Shown here piece by piece: positions 1 through 12,290 of a DNA stretch of 64,000 nt; position 1 is the stretch's first letter, and the number at the start of each line of letters is the position of its first letter. The notes under the pieces were generated by a model that worked only from the letters and a program-made list of their open reading frames with translations, made no database searches and was not told the DNA's origin. The stretch is from Dicyema japonicum (lineage: Eukaryota > Animalia > Dicyemida), in NCBI GenBank assembly GCA_011109175.1, contig RDEW01000021.1, forward strand, positions 714,589 to 778,588, read 5' to 3'. A program made the position numbers and the translations under genes.

Positions 1-2130
1 TGACTTATATTAGGAATTGAACAGTAAAAGGGTGGTTTTTTACAACAAAAAAAACTGAAGGATGTTGCGTTTAAACAGTTTGTAAATAATATTCTTGAGG
101 AGAAAGAGGTGATTCCAATTGGCCATGAGATGATCAGTTCAATGTCGTACCATGAGTTTGTGTATTACATTAGAACTTTTTTTGACAATGTTTCATGCCT
201 GCCTTAACCAGTTTTCAAGGTCAATGTCTTTTCTGGGTTAATGTGGTTAAAGTTTGGAACTGCAGTGTCTGCATGGGAACTGGTTGGAAAACCCAGAGGA
301 CCATTCCAAACGAGCACGTTGAACCAAACGAGCCTCTAGACTTCAATAATATGGACNCATGAGTTTGTGTATTACATTAGAACTTTTTTTGACAATGTTT
401 CATGCCTGCCTTAACCAGTTTTCAAGGTCAATGTCTTTTCTGGGTTAATATGGTTAAAGTAGGATTAAAATTTATTTTGAAATTTATTTTAAAAAGAAGA
501 ATCATTTGAAGGGGATACCTGGCTGTCAGGTGATCTCAGCCTTTTTTTGCAACCATCTCACCTTTGTTCAGTATTCGTCCAGAGATCCGAAAGACCTTTT
601 ATGATGTCTTTTCGATTGTGGTATAGTGTAGTCTACATGTTTTCAAAACGAGGGTTTGAATCAGAATGTTTGACTCCAAATATTTGTTTTTTTTAAGGAT
701 AATGATGTGCAGAGTTGGTCAGTTTTTTTAAATAGTGAATGTCTTCTCTGTGCTTGTAGATATCAAGTTTTTCTGTATCATAGGTGGTGGATAAAATTTT
801 GCATGTCAATCTATTTGTTGTATTGCCCCAGGGTCACTAAGTTAAAAAAGCGTGTCCTCAGCTAACTAAGTGCTCTCAAACCTACAAAAGGAAGGCTGAA
901 CCTGTCCTTGTATTGCTCTTCTCATTTGATGATTGGGTTCCCTCAGGAGGCATGAACTGTAAATTATGTCTGATGACTTTATTGGTGGTTCTTTGATGGT
1001 GGATAACTTGTGTAGGAAAATTGGAAAACTGCCATTGACCATGAGATGCCTGGGTATATGAGTATTGACCTGATAAACTGGAGGTAAATGGTGATGAGGC
1101 ATCCAGGGTTGCTTCCAAGAATTTTTGAGATGATTTTTTTTAAATTGTTTGTTTCTTCAGCGCTGCTGTCACCATGTCTTGGCCAAATATGGCTCCAAGA
1201 ATGACTGTAGTAGTATGTAGGACTGTTGTAGTGGTTTTGCATGTAGGTTTGCTAAGGAATTAATCGTAATTGTGCAACCCACGGAATCAGGATGTTCAGC
1301 ATTTTCTGTATGATTCACGTGACGGTTAAATAGTCTCTATCTATTCCAGTGACAGCGAATTGTTAAAATATAACAACAGAGGTCAGTTTTTGCAGGGAAG
1401 TTGTAGAATCTCATGTATAGGTTAAAGATTGTCGGCGAAAGTAGATAACCTTGAGGAACTCAATTGGATAGAAGCATCGAGTCAAAAGCAACAGTTTTAG
1501 TCGACGTTGGTAAGTTGACTTGACTACTTTATGACTTAACATTCAATATTTGCGTTAAATGACACACTCTCCTGCCGAAGGAATGCTGGAAGGAGCACGA
1601 GGCACAAGGCGATGAATGAAGTAATTGCGGGAGGGTTTTAAACCGTATCCTATACAGCTGGAGCCCCCGTCCAGACACATCGAACAAGGGTCCAGATTCG
1701 ACGACTTTTCTCTCGAGGAAGGGTGGGAAATACGGGTGATAAAGGGGATCCATGTAGTTTGTTCGATGGTACTATTCGACTTCAGTGAGAAACGAAACCA
1801 TCAAAGAAATACGTAACTTTAGAATAGCAATTCGTCTTCAGAAAACTTCGGGGATCATGGGACTCAAATAGTTCCCTTCCTAAGAGCCATCTGATCGTTG
1901 GTTGCAAAAAAAGAAGGACAGTCGAAAGAGGAATGGTGATTGAGCCTATTTCCATACAAATCATAAGAGAAAAGGCGGTCTCAAGTTTGAATAAGCAGCC
2001 TCTTCTATTGTCCACATCAGATACATTTGGTGGATCTCTACACTTGTTACTTTTCTCTTGACCCACCGATTTCTTACAATTGAAAAAAACTTGAGGTAAA
2101 AAAATATACAAAGCACACCCACGAGACACT
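1..2130 (-). mobile_element. Decayed APE-type non-LTR retrotransposon (RT and post-RT region)
   Basis: Minus-strand translation across stops and frameshifts gives VPQGYLLSPTIFNLYM (~1400-1470) and GSNPGCLITIYLQFIRSILIY (ORF 979..1242), typical of LINE RT and its C-terminal region. Boundaries are approximate. Confidence 0.7.
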
Positions 2131-3498
2131 GCAAGAGGTAAACCGCAATGCCATAGTAATCACAAAAATGATCTTTTTTACAATAACAAGTCGGCCAAAC
2201 GGCCAGAATTTCTCATTCTCTTATACTAAGAAGTCATCAGGATAACGGAAATTGCCTCCCCAAGCTGGACCCAATGCATGTTACTCATTCTCCTACTAAT
2301 CTATAACAGGTGAAAACTAAAATTTGATATCTATAATGGGTTGTTTAAAATCGACCCCTGTCTACAATGGGAGATGAAGATCTGCATAATATCTCCGACA
2401 ATCATTTGACCTTAACCACTAAACCTTTCCATTAATCAAATCAACTGACCGTAAGATCCTTACTAATCTCTGAACAGCGGTATTAAAAATCTCTTCTCCG
2501 CCAAAAAACAGAACCTGACCTAAAATATTAACGACTTCATGTCCATCTGTGCCATACGCTGCCCTGCTGACAACTAGTTGGGCGCTGACCTCCTGAGTGA
2601 ATATGGAAGATTTCTGGAAACAATCTGACTTGGTAAGTCACCCCTTGTTTCAGGAAAGTTTCAACTACCACTTCACCCTTTCAATTTTTTATTCGTTCAA
2701 ATAAATCCTCATTGTCATCCAGACCAAGTCCTCAGTTCTAATAGGCGGTTAAATGAAGGGATGAATTCCCCTTCTGATGTTCTAAGTTATGTTTTTATTC
2801 AGTGAGAAATCTTATTACAGCGGATACATGCTCTTATCAATAAATGTAACTTGTTGACATGTATACAAAATTTAAACTCTTGAGTCAACTAGACAGAGTG
2901 AGTCTTTGATGTTAATTACAGTTTCATGCATAATTGCTGTTAACTACCCTGATAATCGAGTAGTCATATCATTGACATCATCGAGTTTTGATTTCCGAAG
3001 GCAGTTGATAACTTTGTCACTATCCAGAGATTAACAATTCCATGGAAACACAATCAGCTACAATAGTCTTTCCAGAACATTTGAAAAAAAGCCTAGATGG
3101 AGTCTCAATTTTCCAGATCTCTGAGAAACAAAACGGGTTACTTGTCTTATTATGGTCCGCCTTCGATCTCTAGTAGCATCCGCTTTTGGTTGATACTTTT
3201 ATGTTACTCACCAGTTTAGTTTATTTGAAAAGACGGGTGAACTGAAGAGCTTAAAAAAGAGACATGGGAAGTCACACAAACAACGTGGCGTCGGATATCA
3301 TACGTCATGGATTCGAATACGCCCGAACCAAAACCTGGAGGAAATTTGACTAATAGTGTCCCTTAAGGCTATACGGAAGAATTGTTAGTTACTAATTCTA
3401 TAATGTTCAAACAACATAAATAATGTATGATGTATGGAAATTGATTTTTTGTAAAACATAAACAATCAATGCGAAAATCCACAAGTTAGATTAATCAT

Positions 3499-3735
3499 GG
3501 AAGGTGCTAGGGGAGGAAACGTAGAGTCCCTGCAATCATAAAAACCCCTACAATTGAGTGGGGGAATTTAAATGATCTTTTTTGTGCCAACCTAGCATTG
3601 GACGCCACTTGAGACAGGAAAATCACATGACGCCACTCTAGTAAAACAAAGGAAAGAAGGAACAGAAAAAGGGAGGAAAAACCTTCAGCTAAGCGAACCA
3701 ACAAATAATCGTTAGTGACATCACATTCTAACAAT
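3499..3735 (-). mobile_element. Partial copy of the ~320-bp non-autonomous retroelement (SINE-like) family
   Basis: Reverse complement contains GTGGCGTCATGTGATTTTCCTGTCTCAAGTGGCGTCCAATGCTAGGTTGGCACAAAAAAGATCAT, homologous to the core of the copies at 8301, 25408 and 47205. Confidence 0.7.
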
Positions 3736-3956
3736 TATCTGGAAGAAGATTATTATTAAAACACAAGATATAGTAATATCAAAATAAATTAATAAACAAA
3801 TTACATATAAATTAAAAATAAAGTTTTAGTTTGTTTCTCACCTTTGTTGTTGTTTGTTGTTCTTTTCTTAAGTACAAAATGTATGGAAATAACGGTAATC
3901 TTACCAAAATGTAGTTATTTAATTTACTCAGTCTTAATAATACAACCAATAATGAC

Positions 3957-4945
3957 ATGAAACCTCCTCTTTACGACAACGAACTGATTGTGTGTAACCT
4001 CGACCTCGCCATAACTGCAGACTACCTTCTCTCACTCTTTGGCTCTGTTTCCGCGGTAATTCTGTTATTTCAACGACAGGTCATTGGCTGCAAACTTATG
4101 ATCGACCAGGCAACTCGGGGTTCCCTGGGCTATGGATTCATCAAAAATTCCACAAAGGAAGAGTGTCAGAAGGCCATAGACTTACTGGACGGCAGAATTA
4201 TCAACGAAAAGGCCATCAAGGTTGTATGAATACCTTGATTCAGGTTACTTTCTCTATGGAATCTGGTGAAAAAACGGAGACCGTGAACCTGTACATACAG
4301 AATCTGCCCCCTTCATTTCAAGAGCACGACCTTCGATCACTTTTCGAGGCATTTGGGCCAGTCTATTCCCTCCGACTTTTAACTGACAACCATTTGATGT
4401 CAAAGTGCACGGGAATGGTCAAATTCCGTCACAAAGTGTGTGCTGATGCGGCTATTAATGTATTAAACTACAAACAGATCCTCCCGGGGACCGACAAATT
4501 CTTGATTGTGAAATATGCTAGACAGAACTCCAAAATTACTGAGAAGCCGAGGAACCCTCAGTATTCTCAACTAACTCCCATTGTATACAGTCAGAATTGT
4601 TATCCTCCACCTCCTCCCTCGAACAACCCCCACTCTTACCACAGATTCAATCCAATGGGGCAGTCAGTGAGGCCTCCAGTCTCCCACTACTGCGTGTATG
4701 TTTCCAATTTGCAGCCTGGATCAGATAACCTCCACCTTTACCAATTGTTTTCAAGGTACGGAGCTATTGCCTATGTGAATTCTCTACCTGGTAATGGGGG
4801 TAATGGTTGCATTGGATTCGTCAACTTTGTGAAATATGAGGAAGCATGTGCAGCCATTAATGCTCTAAACAAGTCAACGACAGGATCAGCGGTGGGAAAG
4901 AGTTTAAATGTGTCATTTAAGAATGATCGACGTACAATCAAGTAA
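3957..4945 (+). CDS. elav: ELAV/Hu-like RNA-binding protein, three RRMs; exons 3957-4055, 4080-4220, 4244-4945
   Basis: RRM1 (SLGYGFIK), RRM2 (NLYIQNLP...CTGMVKF), Pro/Asn hinge, RRM3 (CVYVSNL...CIGFVNFVKYEEA). Removing GT-AG introns 4056-4079 (24 nt) and 4221-4243 (23 nt) restores ELAV-like spacing (SLFGSVSAVIGCKL; AIK|VTF). Confidence 0.8.
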
Positions 4946-5689
4946 TGTTTTTTGTATAATGATGGTCACTTAGTAATAAAGTTATACCATAATATATTTT
5001 ATTATTAGTTTTGCTATTTGTCATTACATTGTCTATCTTTGAAATAAGTTATGCTATTATATTTACAATTTTGGTACACTTTTGGATATTGGCTCTCATT
5101 ATGCCTTCTTCATTAACTACTTTAATATTTAATATTACGGATGACATGGACTTTCGCCATTACTTTCGTTATTTTTACTACTTTGGATATTTAATATTTA
5201 TTTATTCTGGTTTTAATTATATAGGATTGGAACAGTTAGACGTCTGATAAATTGGTCGGTCTGTGATGTACCTCTATTTCACAAGTGTTTGCATCGTTTT
5301 ATGGTGGATCAACTCCACTGTTTTCTTCCCTACTTTGGGGAAATTGGAAATCTGGTGGTTTGAAGCATCCGATACGTCGTGGTATTTTCTGGTCAAAAGT
5401 GTGGAATCAGGAAGCTGTTGTTAATAGGATTGGACTCCCTTTTTACTCAATTTTGGAGGAAGTTTTACATAATCATCCTTAAATATCATGCACAGTCCAA
5501 TGGAGAATGGTGGACGATAGTCTTTGGTGTACAATGTTGACATTAGAGAACAAATCCATATTGGTTTTCAATGTTATTGTCATTTTTATCACTTTCAAAG
5601 ACAATCACTCGTCTTTTGAAATTTTTATTGTCCATTTATGTGATTAGAAGATGACATTCTCTATTCTGCTGTAAGGTACAAATTATTAC

Positions 5690-6040
5690 TTTTTTTTGTA
5701 CTTATGGTGTTTAATTTGTAATTCCTATTGAAAATCCATCAACAACGATTTTCACTACAGACCGTCGTCAATTCAACTTGGAACCAACTTTATTTGTGAA
5801 CAATGCTTTCTTTCCAGTGGTTAAAAACCCTAAAATACTTGGTGTATATTTGATACCTTCTTGTCATTTTCAAAACATGTCTCATATGTATGCGAAAATT
5901 TTAATGAATACGGGCCATGGAGATTACGTCATTTGGCCATAATAAAGAAAACTTGACCATTATCTATGGACAATTTATCATAACAACATGAACTATGTTG
6001 TCACTGCCTGGTCCCTGTTCATCAATAACAAACTGGAGGC
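5690..6040 (+). mobile_element. APE-LINE RT fragment
   Basis: Translates to PVVKNPKILGVYFD...FSKHV, matching the same region of other LINE copies in the window. Confidence 0.55.
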
Positions 6041-6831
6041 AGCAACATCAATAATTTGCGCTATGCTGACAATACAACCATATTGGCTGAAACAGAGGAT
6101 GGCCTCAGGGAGTTGATTAAAGATTCAGAGAAGAGAGCGCCGGTTTTGGTTTATTACGAAATGTCAAGAAGACCGAAATTATGACGACTGCTAATAATGG
6201 AACTAAAAATTGGGAATGAGAAAATAGAGTTGCGATAATGCTGTCTTTCTGGGATGTCTAATTAATTGGAATGGTGACGGAGGCTTTGAAATCAAGAGGC
6301 GAAATGTCATGGGCCTTTTTGAGAATGAATAGAATTTGGGAAAGCAAAGATATTTTCTTAAGGACCAAATGCAGACTGGTTAATGCAATCGTGTTCCCGG
6401 TTTTTCTATACGGCGCAGAATCATGGATACTGAAAAAGGCGGATAGACGAAAAATTGATGCTTTTGAACTTTAATGCTGGAGGAGGTTACTAAGAATCTC
6501 TTGGACTTTCAAAATAACAAACACCGATGTACTCAAACGGGTGGAGACGGACATTTCGCTAGAAGGAAGAATTGTAAAACACAGATTGGCGTTCTTTGGG
6601 CATGTTGTCCGCTCTGATTCACTGGAAAGAACCATTATGCTGAGCAATATTACTGGGAAGAGAAGACCTGGTCGACCGAGGACTCGGTGGCTATCCACGG
6701 TAGAAGACGTCACGGGAATGCCTATACTCCAAATTGCGACGAATCTGGGAGAGTGGAGAAAATTGGCTCATGAGATCTCCAAGGGGCGGACACGACATAA
6801 TTTGGATAACATAACATCAGTACATAATTAA
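6040..6831 (+). mobile_element. 5'-truncated RTE-clade LINE, 3' end
   Basis: EIKRR...TKCRLVNAIVFPVFLYGAESW...KIDAFEL*CWRRLLRISW...FFGHVVR...GKRRPGRPRTRWL, characteristic of the RTE C-terminus. Contains an in-frame stop. Confidence 0.9.
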
Positions 6832-7780
6832 ACAAACGTCCTTTACTACGCCCATCATGTTTCTTGACGACCAGAAGACGAGTCACCTCTTCTAATGTCT
6901 GGGTCTACTTACTAGTTCTATTCATAACCAAATATACCTGTCGGATTTCTGGGAGTGTCCGTTCTTGGCTGTAACGTTTTTGTTAGCCACCTATTTTTTC
7001 ACTTGAAAGTATGGGAAATAAATAAAGTTGTAATAAACATGTCTCAGGTGCCAGTGTGATGCAATGAAGCATATCCAATCTACTGGAGAAATTTCCATAA
7101 GACTTGATGTTTTTCCCTGCCTCTAGATGAACTTGATGTTGTAAGGTATTTGCTTCTTTGACCGTGTGAACTGGATACAATTAGTTGTTAACTATTAACA
7201 GTGTATCGAGGGTTAATAAATGTATTAATTAATAACAATGTTGATGTGCTATATTACACCAACTATGCGCTTCATGGTGGTTTTAGATCTTCATTTGAGT
7301 AGACATAAAAAACCCTTTGGAATAAACAAGCCAAAGATTAAAGAAAGGGAAATATAATTTAAAACCTTAAGCTTCCAAGTTCAGTTTATTTAATGGGAAA
7401 ATGTTATAAGATGTACTTTCAAACTAATCGAGATAATCCTAATACAATTTTCATACTAATTTAGGATAGAACTGTACGAACATTACAGTGTTCCAAATAT
7501 CACCTGAGTCCTGGCTTTTCTTCATCACCCCCTGCTTTGAGAATTCTCAAGTACTTGTATGTGTAGAAAAACTGTGTTTTACTCCGTTAACCTTCAATCC
7601 TTTCCTCAACGTCGTTTCAGACTTTCCGTATTAGTAGGGAACCGGAAATATTAAATTTTTTTAAATAGCAAAAATAATTTTTTTTTATTTCGAATATAAA
7701 ATTAAAAAAATAATAACTATAAAATTTTATTTATTATCTGCTGTAGTAGAAAAATACTTCCTCCATAGAATGTCACCGGT

Positions 7781-10101
7781 TGTTAAGGGAACCCGGTCAA
7801 TAAAGGAACTTTGTAAAAAATTAATTTGGTATTTATATGATCATATAAAGGAAGTTTTCGACTGTTATTGTTCGAATCCACGTCTTCTCTCTAAAAAACA
7901 AATCCGTAACTACGATATCGTATTCGTTCCATTTTCTCCTCTGTAAAAAATTAATTTGGTATTTATATGATCATATAAAGGAAGTTTTCGACTGTTATTG
8001 TTCGAATCCACGTCTTCTCTCTAAAAAACAAATCCGTAACTACGATATCTTATTCGTTCCATTTTCTCCGCTGATTCATTAATGTTTTTCTAGCACATTC
8101 TCACAAGATTTTCTATATTCGCTGCCTTTTAACTCCAAAAATTCGGAAATGTCAGTTCCATCTTTTTCTTCATACCTTCTAATTCATCTTCATTTGGTTG
8201 TTTAAAATTAAAATTCATAAAAATTTCAAAATGTCTATGTTTTGTAGTGGAATGTGACGATCTATTATAGTCATATGTAATTCGTTTAACAATTTTGCTG
8301 TTATTATTATTTATTAACCCCGGATACACCGAGAAAGAAGTTAAAGTAAACAACTAATTAAGTGTATCCAGTTTCCACTTCTACAGAAACAGAGTCCATC
8401 CGGAATCAGCATAAAGGGTAAGACGTCCATTACATGCAGTTGTGGAAACCCCTCCAGTGGAATGGGGAAGAGCAAATAATCCTTTTTCATGCCAGCCTGG
8501 CACTGGGCGTCACCTAGACAGGTGGATCACATGACGCCACTCTATTAGGAAGAGAGGAGGAACAGACAAGCAAGCAGAAAATTTAAACCAATTAACCACG
8601 CAGCACCACATGGCGCCACGCGGCAAATCAGTGAGTCAATTTTTTTGCTGTAATTTCCGAAGGTCACGTTCGACGCACTTGTGGATGATAGCCAATTTTT
8701 AATAGATTGATTATTCCTGAGAAATTTCAAATAATTAATTGTTACCGTTCTACTTGTCTCTGTATTCAAGGTGCTCTAGGCCTTCCGTATATATGCCTGA
8801 TATTGAAATAATCGCATAATTCGGACATAAAAAAATTGTTGAATTCTTNAGAGAGAGGAAGAACAGACAAGCAAGCAGAAAATTTAAGCCAATTACCACG
8901 CAGCACCACATGGCGCCACGCGGCAAATCAGTGAATCAATTCTTTTTTTGCTGTAATTGCCAAAGGTCCCGTTCGACGCACTTGTGGATGATAGCCAATT
9001 TTTGATAGATTTATTATACCTGAGAAATTTCAAATAATTAATTGTTACCGCTCTACCTGTCCCTGTATCCAAAGTGCTCTAGGCCTTCCACATATATGCC
9101 TGATATTGAAATAATCACATAATTCGGGCATAAAAAATTGTTGAATTCTTTACCGTTGTCGGTTTGTAAAACAACTGGTGGGTCAATGATGTAAAAAAGT
9201 GTTTTTAAAGCGAGTAGATATTTCTTTTCCGGTCTTAGTGAACGTTTATTCAACCCCAGCATATTTTGAAAAAGAGTCAATTATCAAAAGAACCTAAAGC
9301 TAGAGAAGAAAAAACACATGACTTTGAATCATTCAAATCAGCGTATCGCCTAAAATCTATAAGATCGGCTATGCAACGATCTCTTGGAGCACGTGCAACA
9401 ATAGTCGTAATTAGTGGTTTTGTAGCCATTAAACGTTTAGACTAAAAATACAATAATTAATATACTTACGAAACATACATTTTTTAGGATCTGCTCTACT
9501 TCCTCAGTCTTGATGCCATAAATGATATCTCCTATAATATCAAACATTCTGTCTCGTATAAAATAGTTTTGAAGGTGTTAATTCTAACAATTATGATTAA
9601 TTAGCAAACTTCAATAATTGTTAGCTTTAATTCGGCTTCTTCAATGTAGAAAAATAGCAGACTATTTTTTGATAAATAAAAGTTTTATCTGCAGTAAATT
9701 GAAAAAAAATCCGCATGTTGCCTGATTAGAAATCTTTCTTTATTGTTACTGGCTTGTGGTAACACATCAGATTCTTTAAAAGATTTAATTTTTGATAACT
9801 CCTCTTTAGAAAGTGTCACAAAACGTATTTTACACGCTAGATTTAATTATTAGAAATCTTTCTTTATTGTTACTGGCTTGTGGTAACACATCAGATTCTT
9901 TAAAAGATTTAATTTTTGATAACTCCTCCTTAGAAAGTGTCACAAAACGTATTTTACACGCTAGATTTAATTAATTAATTTTTACACTTATATATTAAAA
10001 TTTTAAATGTTTTTTGATTTTATAATGGAAATTAATATTTATTAATAATTTCAATTTAAAAATATGTTCGGGGTTCCTTTATAAACCGGGTTCCCTTAAC
10101 A
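7781..10101 (-). mobile_element. Ginger-like DNA transposon remnant with 29-bp terminal inverted repeats and DDE integrase fragments
   Basis: TIR TGTTAAGGGAACCCGGTCAATAAAGGAAC (7781-7809) matches the reverse complement of 10073-10101 at 27/29. Internal minus-strand fragments LQTDNGKEFNN (9053-9280) and ITYDYNRSSHSTTKHRHFE (8129-8300) are rve-type integrase. TGT termini are typical of Ginger. Confidence 0.7.
8301..8624 (-). mobile_element. Full-length ~320-bp non-autonomous retroelement inserted in the Ginger-like integrase
   Basis: Starts GCCGCGTGGCGCCATGTGGTGC, has the structured core, and ends CTCGGTGTATCCGGGGTTAATAAATAATAATAA. Near-identical organisation at 25408 and 47205. Confidence 0.85.
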
Positions 10102-10589
10102 ATTGATGACGTAGAATAATCTACAGGTTCTGTTTTAAAATTAATTCTATCACTTAAATAATTAGCAGCAATAGTAAACTTTCAACATTGTCGAGCATAG
10201 TACGTTTTTTTCGCTAAAATAAATACTTAAGTGGCCAACTTATATTTCACACTAAATAGATGTTTTTTGAATCAAATTTCCTTTATAATCAATACTGTCT
10301 TATGGTAATCAATTATACAAAAATAAATTTACGACTAAGACGTTGCCTCCCTAATAGAGACATTAGTGGAAGAACTCCAGTATGAAATACATGTTTGAAT
10401 AATGGAAATTATGACATAAAAATTAAAGGAAAATTAATTTTATTTTGAAAAAAACATCATTCCTAAGGTCATGCATAAACCATCCTGACTTAGTGGCTAT
10501 TCCCTCTAAGGATGGCGAGCGAGACTCACTCAAATAGCCAGCAGGGCTCACGGAGATCTCCTGTGCGTGTAGAAATCGATTCTCTAGAC

Positions 10590-11659
10590 CAGTGGTTCCT
10601 AACCTGGGTTCCGCGAAATTTATTATAAATTATTTAATAATAGTGTTTAATTATTAAAATAAATTAATCATTCACGCATATATCTTGTTTCTGTTTTAGG
10701 TTAGTTAGTCAATTTTATAAGATTTTCAATGAGAAACAATAATTGAATAAGAGATTCAAAAATATTGAATGCATCTACAAGGTGCAAGTCGGAAATGTCC
10801 AATTTTCCGAAATACAACAACTTAAAATTGATCAGAGCGATTATTTTAATAGGTGAGTTATCTTGTAGCACGCTTTGGATAGGCACATACAATTGTCGAA
10901 AATCTTATAAAGCCATGTTCAAAAAAGATCGTCGAGTGTATTTATGGCGAACAAATTTTGGCGGTCATCCGTAAATAAAAAAAACATTAAATGCTTTGCC
11001 GTTCTTCAAGAGTATCTTTAAGAATCAAAATGCGCATTGGATGATACAGTACTTCAGGACATCAAAGACCATTAGGTAATTTTGGATGATAACATTGCGG
11101 AATATTTTCCGGAAAATTTGATGACGATTGTGTTCAAAATCTATTCAAAGTTAAAGTAATACCAGAAATCTAACATCAATTGAATATGAAGATCTTATTG
11201 CTCAGACNACAGTACTTCAGGACATTAAAGATCTTTTGGTAATTTTGGATGATAACATTGCGAAATATTTTCCGGAAAATTTGATGACGATTGTGTTCAA
11301 AATCAATTCAAAGTTAAAGTAATACCAGAAATCTAACATCAATTGAATATGAAGATCTTATTGCTCAGACATCAGAATCAACGTCAAATCAGATATATAA
11401 AATGAATCCCCTTTCTAATTTTTGGAGAGCATACATTCCAGCGACTTACTTATGTGAGTCGGGTTTTCAATATATATATACCAAAACTTCCGCTGATATG
11501 AGGATACAGTTGTCAATAATAACTCTTAACGTCACACAACTATGATAAAAAGTTATCTCAATGTTCACATTTTTTTGGTTATTACGATTATGTTTTACCG
11601 AAAATTCTAATAATTGAATTGTGAGGGTTCCGCGAGCACCATAAGGTTGGCAACCACTG
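10590..11659 (+). mobile_element. hAT (Buster/Charlie-like) deletion derivative
   Basis: TIRs CAGTGGTTCCTAACCT / AGGTTGGCAACCACTG. Flanking 8-mers CTCTAGAC and CTCTAGGT are a 6/8-matching TSD. Internal fragment IPATYLCESGF...DMRIQLS is the hAT dimerisation domain. Confidence 0.85.
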
Positions 11660-11893
11660 CTCTAGGTCCCCCACCTTTTTGTTGCCGCTGACTGGTAAGC
11701 GTTAGACAATTCTATCCTGGTCGTAGACTGTTTGCTTGCAACTAACAAGGCATGCAGCCATGGTTGAGGAATCACACTCCTAATGACTACAAAACGTATG
11801 ACTAATCTTATGACAAATCGTACTAACTGAGATAAGTAACTTTAAAAACTGCCCACATGTATGCCAACTGTATTTCTTGCACGATCCCTCTGA

Positions 11894-12290
11894 CATAAGG
11901 TATCTCCGTTGTGCTTTCTTACAGTTCTTCCTCCATACAATCACATAAGGTGTCTCCGTTGTGCTTTCTTACACTTCTTCCCCCATACTATCACATAAGA
12001 CGTCTCCATGGTGCTTTCTTACAGTTCTTCCCCTATACTATCACATAAGGTGTCTCCGTTGTGCTTTCTTACACTTCTTCCCCCATACTATCACATAAGC
12101 CGTTTCCATGGTGCTTTCTTACAGTTCTTCCCCCATACTATCACATAAGGTGTCTCCGTGGTGCTTTCTTACACTTCTTCCCCTATACAATCACATAAGG
12201 TGTCTCCGTTATGCTTTCTTACACTTCTTCCCCCATACTATCACATAAGCCGTCTCCATGGTGCTTTCTTACATTTCTTCCCTTATACTG
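11894..12290. repeat. Minisatellite, eight 50-bp units
   Basis: Units start CATAAG at 11894, 11944, 11994, 12044, 12094, 12144, 12194 and 12244. Consensus CATAAGGTGTCTCCGTTGTGCTTTCTTACACTTCTTCCCCCATACTATCA. Confidence 0.95.

Noticed and set aside
5011-5247. Hydrophobic 78-aa ORF downstream of ELAV
   Set aside because: TTG start, very T-rich sequence that yields hydrophobic residues by chance; likely 3' UTR or intergenic.
7860-8010. tRNA gene (GTTCGAATCC B-box, twice)
   Set aside because: No A-box or cloverleaf, and the second copy is part of a local duplication.
11894-12290. CRISPR-like array
   Set aside because: Contiguous 50-bp units with no unique spacers, in a eukaryotic context with no cas genes.
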